The notes under the pieces were generated by a model. The model ran no database searches, was not told the DNA's origin, and was given only the letters and a program-made list of their open reading frames with translations. The translations under genes and the position numbers were made by a program. Shown here in pieces: positions 38,704 to 51,879 of a DNA stretch of 64,000 nucleotides (position 1 is its first letter; the number at the start of each line of letters is the position of its first letter). This DNA is from the human T2T-CHM13v2.0 reference genome, Homo sapiens: assembly GCF_009914755.1 (NCBI RefSeq), contig NC_060930.1; one strand, written 5' to 3'.

Positions 38704-40493
38704 CTGAAAGAAGGCAAGAACAGCTGGAATTAGTAATCTAGGTGGGAACTCCCAAGATTTAAAAGAAGACATGGGAGTAATCACAGACAACAGAGGAGAA
38801 ATAAAGGAAATGGATATTTGCTTTAATTTTTTTGTCCATATCAGAGAAAATCAAGGAAACCAACAAGTATACAGTTCCTAAACTGTAGAGGTTCCATTCT
38901 TATGCAGTTTAAATAATTCTGTAGTGACTCAATAAGGGATTTCTGAAGGGCTTGCAATGTATTAATCTTCCTCTGTCTGTCTTGTACATTGACTAGAACC
39001 ATTGGATATGAGTGGGACGATCTCCATCCTCTCATTTATTATTTATTCTTAGTACTGTTCTGTGGTAAATGTTCTCTTCCTTTTTAAGATTCCATTGTTC
39101 TTTTTAACCTGACTTGAGCAGTTCTAAAATATTGAAAGATACAATTTTATTTTCCTTAAATATCTCATCTCCTCTTGGATTTGCACCCTAGAGCCAAGCA
39201 CAAGAGAAGTTTTGCTAAAAAAATAGACACTTTGGGGTGATTAGAATACGGAGATAGTAAATAACCACAAGCTGTGGACATAGTGAACATTTCAGCAAGG
39301 CTCATAATTTTCTAGTTCTACTTTGCCATTTTTCTCTTTCATCCTGAAGTTTCCAATGCTATAGAAAATTTTTAAAAATGTCTCTAATCTCACTTTACAG
39401 CATAATTTCTTCGACTTTGTAACTTCCACAAGTATAAGGAATGATGTATGTACCTAGATAGAAGGTCTCTCTGTCACTAACAGAAGTTCTGATCTGTAGT
39501 TGCAGATATTCATTTATTCTCTGTATCTCCACAGATACATAGCACATATCACTGGAGAGCCAGGTTTTGAATCTATATAATAATTTTTAAATTAATTAAA
39601 AAGTTTAATAAAAATTCTGGAGGAGACTGTCTTAGGAAGTACATATCTACCATTACTCGACTAATATAAGCATGCATTGCTGGACATATTTCAGAAGGTG
39701 GATAAAAATGACCAAGTCCTTATCACTGATGTCTGTAAGTATGCTTTCATCTCAAAAACCTTTTTATTCTGTAATTAACCATTTTCGTGTCCATCTTTTT
39801 AAATAAAATACATATATATCATTTTATATAAAGTAGTAATATTACCCACAAATTTTGCAGCAAGAATTTAAAATAACTGAGGATTTTGAGACTACACTAT
39901 CAGAGGATATTCCTTTTAACATACTCTGGATTTGCAGTGATGTGTACTCAGTCATCTAGGAGACAGCACTTTATGCAGTTATCTTTGCTAATAATTGTAT
40001 TTTATTTGCAAATAGTAATAGTAATATGAATAATGGTAATAATAATATTTCAAGCCCATATTTACCCTGAGATATGAAAGGTACATTTCATAATTGGATT
40101 AGCCTCAGCATAGTTCTGTTCACAAAGCAACATATCACAAGGGGTATTTCCTTCTGAGAGAAGAACACAAAATATAAATGCAGAGCCTAATGTAGCACTG
40201 TAAATGAAATAGCCATGAGATTACTACCTACATCAAGAAACAAGATATTACTAGAAGCTTCACACCCTCATGCCACATCATAACCCCCTCCCTCTTCCCT
40301 AAGAGTAATCACTGTCTTGAATTAAACACTAACTTTCTTACTTTGCTTTATATTAATATTTGTATACCTCAATTATGCATTTTTTATGCCTGCTTTTGAA
40401 CATGTATACACATAAAATATGTATAAATCTAGATATACACACAAATATATATATACACACATACAAATAAATGTGTACATATGTGTATACAAT

Positions 40494-40757
40494 CAGGTGT
40501 CACTTAGGGACAGGGATATGTTTTGAGAAATGTGCCATTAGGTGATTCTGTCCTTGTGCGAACACCATAAACTGTACTTACACAAATCTAGATGGTACAA
40601 CCTATCACATACCTAGGCTGTAAGGTATAGCCTATTACTCCTGATCTACAAAATGGCACCTGTTACTGGACTGAATACTTTAGGCAACTGTAACATAATG
40701 GTAAGTATTTATGTATCTAAACATAGACTGAAACACTGTTTTGCAGCACATGACTGT
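40494..40757 (+). mobile_element. Tigger3a/MER7-like Tc1-mariner element
   Basis: gggatatgttttgagaaatgtgccattagg...tacttacacaaatctagatggtac...atggtaagtatttatgtatctaaacata. Confidence 0.8.
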
Positions 40758-40762
40758 TTATA

Positions 40763-41121
40763 CTGATAGTCCCCGAATTACAATAATTTGACTCAATTTT
40801 TCATCCTCAGAATGGTGCAAAAAAGACATACGTTCAGTGGATACAATATTACAAATAGTCATACAACAATTCTGTTTTATGCTTTTAGTACATTATCAAA
40901 CACATTCCATGATATATTCAATAATTTATTATAAAACACTCTTTATGTTAGATGATTTTGCCCAATTGTAGGCTAATGTAAGTATTCTGAGCATGTTTAA
41001 GCCAGGGTAAGCTAAGCTATGATGTTCTGCCAGTAGGGTGTATTAAATCCACTTTCAATTGATGATATTTTCAACTCAAAATGTCTTTATCAAGACATAA
41101 TTCCATCATGAATTGAGGAGC

Positions 41122-41125
<4 letters not shown>
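40763..41125 (-). mobile_element. MER47A-like Tigger element
   Basis: gttagatgattttgcccaattgtaggctaatgtaagtattctgagcatgtttaag...gctaagctatgatgttc, ending ttgaggagcactg. Confidence 0.8.

Positions 41126-41168
<43 letters not shown>
41124..41168. repeat. (TG)~22 microsatellite
   Basis: Perfect TG dinucleotide run in the DEFB112 intron. Confidence 0.98.
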
Positions 41169-41170
<2 letters not shown>

Positions 41171-41749
41171 CTTAGAGAGAATCATACAGTTTGTTTGTTT
41201 CTGGATTTTTAAATTTATATTCATAAAATTGAACTTTGTGGTTGGATGTAGTTTGCAGTACTGATTTTCATTAATACATAGCATTCACTTTATCTAATAA
41301 ACTTTATATGATCATATAGGTTATTTGCTACAGGGAGAATTTGGCTGCTCTTAACATTCTTGTACTGTTTCTTGAAGCATATTTAATAATCTTCTGTTGG
41401 ATAGATTTCAAATTTTGAATGTTCTGTTGAATGTATGGTGGTAGTTTATCGTGGTTTAAATTAGCATTTTCTTGATTGCAAGTGAGGATGAGCACTTTAA
41501 AGAGGTTGTTTATTCACTCTTTCAAGTGGCTTAGGTCTTTTTTTCATATTTCTGCTGAATTACCTAGCATTTTCTTATTTATTTATTAGAATTTTAAAAT
41601 ATATTCTAGATTTAAGCCCTTTGCTAGTTATATATGTAGCAATGTTTGTATTCTACTCTATGACTCTACTAAGCTGATATACAAGAACTGAAGGAAATTT
41701 TGCCATTGAAGTGATTGGTAAAGTGGTGTAATGGACAAGAGGGAAGAAC

Positions 41750-42555
41750 CTTTAAAGGCTATGGGTCCTAAAACATAGGTTTGGAATAAAGGTGAGCCTA
41801 GGGTTACATGAGCTGGCCAGGTACTGAGTGAACCTGGAGCCTGTATCCACCGAGGCTGGCCTCGGGGCTGAGTCCACAGGTCCTTCCCTGATGACTATGG
41901 CTGTGGAGCTCACCTTGTTCTTGGACAAGCCTGAAACCTGGGGGTCAGCTTGGTGTTGGGGGGATCCAGAGCCCAGGAACACTGGGGCCAGCCTAGCTCT
42001 AGAGAAACTCTGGAAACCGAGTGTGATTATTGGGCCTAGCCTGAGTCTGTGGGGCTTGAACTAGCACTAGGGCTACTGGGCAGGCCTGGAGGGGCAGTGA
42101 GCTGAGACTTGATGGGCTGGCCTAGAGCCAGAGGCTGTCAGATCCGGCCTGGTGCCAGAGCAGACTTGGAAGCTCAGTCTTCAGGTACTGGTCTGAAGTC
42201 TGAGGCCATGGGGGCCTGCTCGGTGCTGGGTTCTACTTAGAAAGGGCATCCAGTGTTGGGTCCAAGGCTAATTTCTATGGTCATTTCCCTCTCTTTCCTT
42301 CACAGGGAGGGTATCTGTCTCCAGGCTGTGCTATCTAGGCTTGGGAGAGAGGTCCATGAGCAATGTGACACTATCTTTCCTACCCTCTTTAATGTGTCTT
42401 TTCTTATTTCTGTAATCTACCCAAGTGCTGTAATCTCTCACCTGGTTTCCTTAGCTCTTGTGAAGGCATTTTCGTGCATGGATAATTGTTCAAATTAGTG
42501 ATTCTGTAAAGGAAGGAGCATTGAAAAGTCCCATTCCAACATCATGCTGACATCC
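41750..42555 (-). mobile_element. Old L1M 5'UTR fragment
   Basis: The reverse complement of 42380-42555 resembles the L1 5' end at 19830-20010 (aatttaacaattatc, gcaccttcataa, caggtgag...acagcac). GC-rich internal repeats. Confidence 0.7.
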
Positions 42556-42771
42556 AGTGAAACTTAGTCAAAAAGAATTCTTTTAAAACTAAGTTCCCAG
42601 TCCCTTATCTAGACTTTTGTTGCTCAATTGCCTTTTTGAGTTATCTTAATTAAACCGTGCTTTCAAATAAACAGAACACCTTTATCATTCTTTTCATATA
42701 ACAATATACTTTTTATATCCAAAAATATCAGTATTTTGAACAGTAGTGATTGATAAAAATAGTTTTGCCTT

Positions 42772-43070
<299 letters not shown>

Positions 43071-43444
43071 AATATGTCCAGCTGTTGAGTAGGAGGGAAA
43101 CTGAGACAACAGTATAATTCCTAAGCACAATTACATTAAAACATTTTAAAAAGTAATAATGTTGCTGAGAACAATGGTTAGAAAACCTTTCTTCATGGAA
43201 ATGATAAAAGGACATTTGTCTAGCCAGCATTTTATCAAAAAAATCGGCCTCTACAACCTTAAAATAAGATTTCTTTCTTGTTTTAAACATGAAATTCAGT
43301 CTTCATAAAGCTATGAGGTGAAAGACAAGAACATATAAGTAAACAGGGACTGAGGTAGAGAATATACTCAGAATATTTACTTCATTTCAGTCAAAAAGTA
43401 TTGATTAAAATGTGCAAGACACAATTCTACTTATTTTGTTTTAC

Positions 43445-43559
43445 CTGTGCTGATTTTCTCTGTCCCATGTCGGGCCTTTTCAAATATTGTGGAAGATGTA
43501 TTTGTCTTTGAGTACATTTTTTCAAGTTTCAGTCTACATATGGTTGTCAATAATTTCAT
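43445..43559 (-). CDS. DEFB112: Alternative, probably mis-predicted DEFB112 first coding exon (MKLLTTICRLKLEKMYSKTNTSSTIFEKARHGTEKIST), no signal peptide
   Basis: ATG at 43559, 38 codons plus 1 nt, donor ACAG|gtaaaa in phase with exon 2, giving 113 aa. This matches the long DEFB112 sequence I recall, but it is hydrophilic and has no paralogous promoter. Confidence 0.4.
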
Positions 43560-44719
43560 AAGAGTGCTAAGAGGTTGTTAAGAGCTCACTGTAAAGTGAA
43601 AAAATTACTTTAAAAGTAGGAGGAAAAATATTTTCAGAAATAAGGACACAAATGTAGTTGCCTCTATTTAATGGTCCTATATATTATAAAAGGTTTTACA
43701 AAATGATAAACATATAGTACATATGTTTAAAAATCCAGTTAAATGAATAAATGACTTGGCTATTAATAAGTTCACCTTGCATGGCTATTGTTAGGAAAAA
43801 TAAATTAATACAGGCAAAAGGCTGAACAAATGCTAGCTATTAAAATCATTATTATGAAGAAAACCTATCAGTGTTTATTGAAATCTGTATAATTCTTTGT
43901 ACCTCAGAAAAGTTCTAAATATAGAGAGAATTCTAATGAGCACACTTTAATTAATTTTTATAAAGAAGAAAAATTATTATCTGATTTAAATTAACTCCCT
44001 TGTTGGTTTACATTATTAACTGAAGTTCACCTCCTTGTCCCCTTTTGGTGAGAAATTATTAGCTAAAAAGCTATTTATGTTTAAATGTTAGGGCAGAATA
44101 ACAGTAAAATAATGAGTTACTACAGATTTATTTTAAGGTTACCTCCTCTGATCTCAATACTGAAAGATATCTTGATAATCAGAGAAAGCAGCAAGATAAA
44201 GAAAAAGGAGAATTTAACTGGAAGTGAGCAGTAGACAAGTGCAGCTTGTCTCAATTGTTAATAAAATACAATCTGAAACTTTTAGCAAGACATTTTATCT
44301 GATTAACCTCTGCTATAAATATCACTGTGGGGATCAATGATTTCCAAGCATAATTCATAACTTTCCCAGTTTTTTCTAATCTATTAATAGATCAAATTCA
44401 GTTAAATTTGAGTGTTGAATAAATACACATTTCATGGATCTGTGAAATCAACGTAGCATTATTTTCTTCTAATCATTTACATATATGCATATATATGAAT
44501 GTATATTTTCATGTAATTAAGGTGAATTACAGCCTTTTCTAGGATGCTGTGCTTGAAAAATTATTCAAATATTTTTACCTGAGAACTGTGAATAAATGTA
44601 ATGTAACATGATGATGGTATTAATAAAATGTTTTATAATGTCAATTCTACTTTAAATAACCCAGCTCCCCGACTTTAATGCTGGCCCCTTGACCCCTCTA
44701 GCAATAATATTCATATTAC

Positions 44720-44777
44720 CTGGTGGAATAAGGACTCCAAAGAAAAGCAAAATACAGAAAAAGAGAAGGATCTTCAT
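44720..44777 (-). CDS. DEFB112: Beta-defensin 112 exon 1 (signal peptide MKILLFFCILLFFGVLIPP)
   Basis: ATG at 44777-44775, 19 hydrophobic codons plus 1 nt, donor CCAG|gtaata. Clearly homologous to DEFB110 exon 1. Confidence 0.92.
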
Positions 44778-45070
44778 TGTAAATGATTTCTTGGTATAAA
44801 ACAGTGTACAGATCATCTGTCTGACTCAGCTGTTGTTGAAACAAGAAAAAAAAACCCTTACATTTAAAGAATTCTTCTGCATAGTTTTGACTACTGAAGC
44901 TTATTAAGAGTGAGAACATTTCTATGCTTGGTGCATAGTGCCATATTCAAAGAGATAGTGACTAGAAAAAGCTGCATTGTCACACAAAAGTTACATCTGC
45001 TGATTTCTCTTGCAGTCAGTTTCTTTAAGAAACTTTAACAGTTACAAGAATATGGGTATAAATTGCTAAG
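44778..45070 (-). promoter_or_regulatory. DEFB112 5'UTR and proximal promoter
   Basis: TATA-like TTTAAAT on the minus strand (44862-44868) and the conserved block GCTTATTAAGAGTGAGAACATTTCTATGCTTGGTGCATAGTGCCATATTCAAAG (44899-44952). Confidence 0.7.
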
Positions 45071-45856
45071 TGACCAAGATCCGAAATAGTCCTGCAGCAA
45101 TTCACTTGATACCCCAGGAGTACTAGTTTTATATAATTCCATTCACTATTTTAATGGCCCCAGTATTAACAATGAATCTCAATGTAATAAGAAATCAAAA
45201 CCACAGAACTTTAGACTGAAATTATCATACAGAATATTTAATTTTACATATAAAAATGTTGAGATCCAGATTTGTCAGGTAATTTTATAATCCATACCTT
45301 CTTTACTTAAATTATGTATGAACATAAATCATGACAGTATTCTGGTGTTTATGGATATTATCCTATCGAGCTTAGCTGTACCACAAAGAAAGGTCTGTCC
45401 CCTCAAGTAGGATTTGTGAATGTCAGTGCAAAAACATTCAATGTTATAAACCTAGAATGCATTTCTCTGTTTGTTTGTTGTTATTTTCTATGTAGTGAGA
45501 AGTTATTTCTGAGTTAATTTGTAAGTTTTCCAAAGTCGACTATAGCAGATATACGATAAAGAGTTGATATTGTTCCCCAGACCCCATAAGGAATAATGAC
45601 CCATTGAATCTCTCTTACTATACTCATAAAGAGCACTAAGAATCTGGGTGTAAAGAAGCCCCAGTTAATATTAGTCATCCTTATTTTACATTTATGAGAA
45701 TGTTATTTACAAAGGTGTTGCAACTGAAACATGTACAAATAATCAGAATTGTGGCAAGGCTTCCTGGGCAAAGTGATAAAGAGATATGATCAATAATTTT
45801 TCCCTTCTACAACCAAATTCTTCACTGATAAAATATGAATTAAAAGTAAAGGACTT

Positions 45857-46149
45857 GACTAGATGCAGTGACTCATGCCTGTAGTCTCAGCACTTTTGGG
45901 GGCCGAGACAGACAGAGCGCTTGAGCTCCAGAGTTCAAGACCAGTCTGGGCAACACGGTGAAACCCCATCTCTACAAAAATACAAATATTAGCCAGGAGT
46001 GGTGACACACGCCTGTAGTCTCAGCTACACTGGGATGCTGTGGTGGGCAGATCTCCTGAGCCCTGGGAGGTCGAGGCTGCAGTGAGCCATGATCATGCCG
46101 CTGTACTCCAGCCTGGGTGACAGAGTGAGACACTGTCTCAAAAAAAAAA
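45857..46149 (+). mobile_element. Alu (AluJ)
   Basis: AluJ-type features (cttgagctccagagttcaagacc, ggaggtcgaggctgcagtgagccatgatc) and an A-tail. Confidence 0.92.
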
Positions 46150-48179
46150 GCTAAGAATTTATACTAAAAGCTAAGGACTTACTGGGGTTCACTGAATAGA
46201 GGATTTAACTATCATTTGACATAGTATAAGATTATTTAAACCCATCCCTATGTAAGATTAATTGAACAGATATTAATCAAACACCTACCATGTGCCTGTT
46301 ACTTTTCTAGTTGCTGTGGTACAGCTGTGAAAAAGATAGGGCATTTGATTGTTGTAGATGAGACAAAGTTCTAATTGGGCACTGAAACCAAAACCCAAAT
46401 TTCATTAGAAATAATTTATATATTATTATGCTTTCTTTGTTATCAGAACTTCTGTGAATAAACACAAAGAAAGAAGAGCAAAGAAGATAAATGTCTCATT
46501 GATTTTTAATTTTAGCTCTTTCCAAAGACATGACAAGGGTGCAATATTGCTGCCTTACTGCAAGGACTAAAGTCATTTAGAAATTTTATTTTGAATACTT
46601 ATTTGTTAAATCCAAAGAGTGAAAAATCAAACAGCAACATGACAGTATTACAGGTGATTCACTTAGGGGACTTTGTGACCCAGGTCTAATCCCATGGAGA
46701 ATGTGGAAACTGCTCCTTTTTTTGAACAGGTAAACATCGATCCTGTATTATAAATGTCCAACATATTAAACACATTCTACAGGATCTACACCACAAAACA
46801 GAAATAGAGTATGCCTTTCAACATTTGGTATTTGGACGTAAGAATACATACACTTTAAATTGCTTTTTTTGAATATATTAAGAATTTTAAATCACAAACA
46901 ATAGAATTATGCAGGAATACTTGGATTCACTGATCTCATGGCCACCTCCTAGTCGCTGTAGATGTTTAGAAAACAAATAAATAAAACATTTTCACTGCCT
47001 TAAGAAACTCAAATTATTTTTGAAAAGACATGCAAATAAATATATGACAAATGAATAAAATAAATGCTATGAATGTTTTATGACAATAGTTCTCATGTGT
47101 TTTCTGAGTATAGTATTTTTTTTAACTGAAGCACAGATAAATCTCAATACATTTGAAGCTTGCATATTATAAGGTTTCTGGACCAAAATTTTGTTGATTT
47201 AATAAGAAACTTTGTCCTGAGGAAACTAAAGCTAACACTAGTATGCTGAAGAAAATATTTTATCCTTCTTTATTTTCCCTTTACAGTCTAATTCTACATT
47301 TAGTTACACAATTAGTGAGTGACTTGGGTTCTACAAAATTTAGGTTTAACAAAAACCTCATCACCCTGGATAATAAAGACACACAAATTATACTTACCCT
47401 CTGCTGGTCAAGGAATAAGAAGAGTAACTCCCATTGGACCACTGAGGGTGCCTCTGCATGAACAAAATGTCCCCAGTTAAGTTGTTAAGCTGTTTTTTGT
47501 TCCTAATAAATTGTTATTTTTCACTGCCTAAGAAAAAAACTTTCAATTTTCCTAAATATTTTAGAGGAAAATTTATAGAGAAGTTGAGTGCATTTATGCT
47601 TATGCTCATATTTAAATGTCTTCTTTGTTAACTACATAGCCATTTTGCTTCCTTGTCATTTATCACCTAAATATCGGTAAGATAACTCTGCTTGAAAAGA
47701 TATATCTAGACAATCATCAAATATCCCTTTTCATTTTTAACCTAATTTTAGTGACCACTGTGAAGAGCATCAGCTCCATAGAATATAAATTCATGAGTCA
47801 CCAAGTCCTCTTTTCTCTCTGTTTGTTTTGCTCATTCATTGACCGTAACCAGGACCGGAGAGAATTTTAGTAAACCTATGTGTTAATTAAGCCTCAACAA
47901 GCAGATAGCAATGACATCCCTGCCATCTGTATAGCTTAATTTTTACGTATATATTAAATATAAATTGGTTGCTGTGTAGGCTCATAATTAAGAGATTGAT
48001 CAAATCTGTTACCCCATTTTCTAACTTTATGTTAAAGTAATGAATATATAGCACCTTTATCACTGCAAAGGCATTCACTTTTAGAGACTATTTTTTAAAA
48101 ATAACATTTAATTTTGTTTTTTTTTGTGACGTAAGCTTTTATGTTTTCGTGAGAAATAAAAATAAAACTAAAAATATTC

Positions 48180-49010
48180 TTTTGGGATAGAGTATTTGAA
48201 TTCAATAACTATAAAACAGAGAAAAAAAGAAAAAAATTTCACTGTAAATAATTTATTTATCAGGTGTAAAGAACCCTCTGATGATTTTTTTGGTTCAGGT
48301 GTTGTTTAAGTAAGGAAACAAAAGAATCCCCTCATTTATAGAATTTCCTTAGTAGTCTTGATGTTGAGTCTATATTGGGATGAATAATGCCAAATTCAAA
48401 GAACTGATGGTCAGAAAAGAAAAAAATGCATGGTGAGAAAAGAAAAAAATGCATTGTCACACAAAATATATCATCTATTTTTTATAAATTCAATGAAATC
48501 TTCTTGAAGAGAAACTTTACAGTTACAAGGATGTATGTTTAAATTCTTAAAACCTCAGTTTTAAAATTATGCTATAACAATTTGATCCTTGAGATTTTTT
48601 TAAATAAATCTCTCAATGCTGAATCTTGATGTGCAGAGATATCTGAGCCATAACAAATTAATTTGAAATATCGTAAAGAATACTAAGGTTTATAGATGAA
48701 GACATTGAAACCCAAAGAGTTTAGGTTATATATTATGTATTATTTATAATTTATTAAAAATAGACTCACCAATAGTTATAACTCTGCCTAGCTAACCTTA
48801 GACTATTTTGATAAAAGTTCCTAAAGTAGGACTTATCACAATTCAGAAATATTTCACTTTTTTAAAACTAGAATCCATGAATTTGATTTTTTCCCTAAAT
48901 TACTGTTATTTCTAATTTAGTGTGTAAAATTTGCATAAGCTATTGCATATTTATGTTTATTCCTCAGATGCTGGTTGTGAAAACAGAAATTGATTAGTTC
49001 TTTTTCACAA
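48180..49010 (-). pseudogene. Decayed fourth copy of the beta-defensin promoter + exon 1 cassette
   Basis: GTG at 48242-48240 aligns to the DEFB112 ATG (ttcactgtaaataattt vs ttcattgtaaatgattt) and reads (V)KFFSFFLCFIVIEF. Collinear blocks shared with the DEFB110/112 upstream regions: taaggaaaca; tgaataatgccaaattcaaag; gcattgtcacacaaaa; gaaacttta-cagttacaag; aagtagga...ctagaat. Confidence 0.65.
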
Positions 49011-50089
49011 CACTTCAAGCGTGCCTGGAAAGTATGGAAAAGTAAGATCTTAACTCATGTTTATATGCAGAGTAAGAAGATTATTAATCACACAATCATA
49101 ATAATTTTAGAATGTATAAAGATTCCAGGCAGATCCCATCATAACTAGAGTGATTAAGTAATTATCTAGGAATTGCTTCCCTTCTAAATATTTTTTCCCT
49201 GTATAATCTGAGATGAAAATTATACTATTATACTACTTAAATTGAGTGCCAGGAGCTTGATTATGACATGTGCCCTTGCTGGGAATAAAGGAATGAGAAT
49301 TTTCTCATCAGTTGACATGAGGAAGACCATTTCAGCCAGTCTCTAGGTAAAATTAATGTACCTGGGCCTGTTCATGGTTCACAGTAATCAACACAGACAA
49401 TTGAATTTTGTTATGAATAAGAATGATTATCAATTTGGATCACCAGGCCCGCAGGTAAATTCATTAAAATGTACTTTGCCACCAGAACTCCTATGGACAA
49501 GAAGAGTAGAAATGAAAACAAATTCATTGATTTTTTTCTCCTATTCCTTTCAAAGATATAAAAAAAAAATGAGATTATTCATTTACTGAGAGGGCTGCAG
49601 CCATTGGAATATTTGCTTCGAACCAACATTTTCCAAACTGGAAAAGGGAAAATGGCAAGCTGCAAGAGAAGAAGTTGTAGGTCTCTAAATCCCCTTATCC
49701 CTCTAGTAAACTGAAAACAATTTTGTAATAATTTTGGATCCTATGGAAAACTCATTTTGAGAACTATCATACTAGTGTCTTTTGGGGGGCCTATCCATAC
49801 CCATCCTACAAGTTCTCTCGACATTTCTCATTTAAAACCTGTTTTCATCAAAGAAACTTGTAAATCTAGCGAAGAATTTTATAAATACCACGGGTTGCTG
49901 GGGAGAAATTAGAGATTAAAGGTCATTTCTATTCTAGTAACTTACTACACAGATCAGAGACTATATAGACTCCTTATTTGAGGACATTACTAAGGTCACC
50001 TCAGAGACAAAAAAGCATATCTTATTTGCACTTGACCTAGTAGAGAGAAAGGTCATGTTTTCCTGCATAAAGACTCTTGATCCAGATAG

Positions 50090-50285
50090 CTTTAGCATTT
50101 CTTCTCATCTTGACTAAACTTTATAGAAGTTTCTTTTTGACTCTAGGCCCCCAACTTCCTTTTTCTTAGATCATTTTCTTTCAAAATGTATAATTACAAA
50201 TTTTCTCTCTACCTCTTTGAGATATAAATCTTTTCCCAGGCAATTGTCAGTTTTGCAACCCAAGAACGTCTTTCTCAAGGACATT
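50090..50285 (+). mobile_element. ERV1 LTR fragment (MER34/MER39-like)
   Basis: ctctttgagatataaatctt...cagttttgcaacccaagaacgtctttctcaaggac. Confidence 0.55.
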
Positions 50286-50872
50286 CTCCAGGAATAGATG
50301 ATAGCCAGAGTTTGCCGGCCTTTGAAGTCCAACAGCACGAAAAAGTGGAAAAATAAATATGACCCAGATTTTGTGATTTAAATAGAGAAGATAATATTTT
50401 TGAGGAAATAGACAATAAAGAATAAGATGTATGTATAAGGTGGTAGCAAGTACAAATTTCAGATGAAATGAAGATACTTGTCACTTCATGTAACTTCACA
50501 AAATCTGCAAATGCAGGAAAAGGAACTTTCCTTAGGAAGAGGCTGGGATAGTTATGATGTCATTTGGAGAAAAGAAAAAGATATTGCAATAGTAAGGTAA
50601 TTCAGAGAAAAGGAAACCAAATGAGAATTAAGTTCAAAGTGAGAGAAACCTTGCCTAGAATTGATGCAGCAGAAAGAGGTATAATTTAAGCAACATTGAA
50701 TTAATAATGTTTTCTTGTGATCCCCAAACTGGAAACTGCTCACACAGAGTATAAGGTGAAATTTGTAAGGTTGAGGACCCAAGAACATCCTGTAAGATCA
50801 AGAACAGATGATGAAATTAATTAAAGATGGTAGTTCTTGCTGAACAGAACCTAACAGTTCAACCCAACAGCG

Positions 50873-50930
50873 TGTTCTATTTCAATAAGTTGAAATAGAA
50901 CAATTTATTCTGAAACAGAATAAATTGTTC
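50873..50930. repeat. Two overlapping perfect inverted repeats
   Basis: TGTTCTATTTCAA-taag-TTGAAATAGAACA (13-bp arms) and GAACAATTTATTCTG-aaa-CAGAATAAATTGTTC (15-bp arms). Confidence 0.95.
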
Positions 50931-51879
50931 ATTAAAATGCTGCACTCCCTTTGATCCAAATCTATGCTCCACTGATATTCTAAGTAGTGTTAGTCATTAG
51001 ATTAGTGATAAAATTTTATTACATAATGGAAATGATGAAAGCTTTGTCTTTCCATGAGACAAAAAGGAAAAAAAAAGTCAAAGCAACTAGTTCACAAGGG
51101 AACAGATGAAAATAGAAAATGTGAAAATTGACTTGAAAAGGTCATGAAACATTTTCCTACTTACAGATTCCACTATTTATGTAAGGAGTGAAAGGAATTT
51201 GGTTCTAGAGTAAGGTAGGGAACATTGTTGAAGGTTTTTGTGTGTAGCTAAGATTTATCTGAGAACCTCCTTTGCTCTCCTCAGTCACCACTGCAACTCC
51301 TCTTAGCTCACAGTCACAAACACATGTGGGAGTGAAACTGTTTAGCCCCAGAATGTCAAGGTAGAAGCAGAAGAACCATAGCAAAGATCAATGGTTTTCT
51401 CTTTCACTATATCACTATGGCTCGAGAAGTGGTTTCTTCTTCATCCTTGTAAAAAGATGTGCAACAAAGTCCTTTCTCTTTTCACCTAATATAGACTGCT
51501 CTCAGGAGTTTAATGAAAAGCCTTGATGACAATTATACTTTTCTTAGTCATATCACATTAAATGTTCACAAATTTACTCAATAATTGTGACCCCCAGAAC
51601 ACAATCTGTTAAAAAATGTAGTAATCTTTTATACATCTCGATGTTCTCATTGAAAAAGGGAAAGTTGGCTAGAAAGAGTTCTAATGTCTCTTCTATGCTC
51701 AAAACCTTTCTAAGATTTTTTTTAAAAGCATTTATTGAACACCGATTTGCTCAATATTATACTAGACACTTTTTTTTGGTCTATTTATTTTTCACCATAA
51801 CATTACTGGATGGTTAATGCTATATTTATTTTAAAGAAGGGATAATTTAGATTCAGATAGGTCATATTACTTGATAGTA

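Noticed and set aside
47385-47440. Strong minus-strand donor GAGG|gtaagt with upstream ATG
   Set aside because: The frame stops after 8 codons and shows no homology to the defensin exons; a lone splice motif is not enough to call an exon.
47887-47975. ORF end NQF...YRWQGCHCYL resembling a decayed defensin C-terminus near the 48.2-kb relic
   Set aside because: Only one framework Cys is present, the spacing is off by one, there is no acceptor, and it is implausibly close to the pseudo-exon 1.
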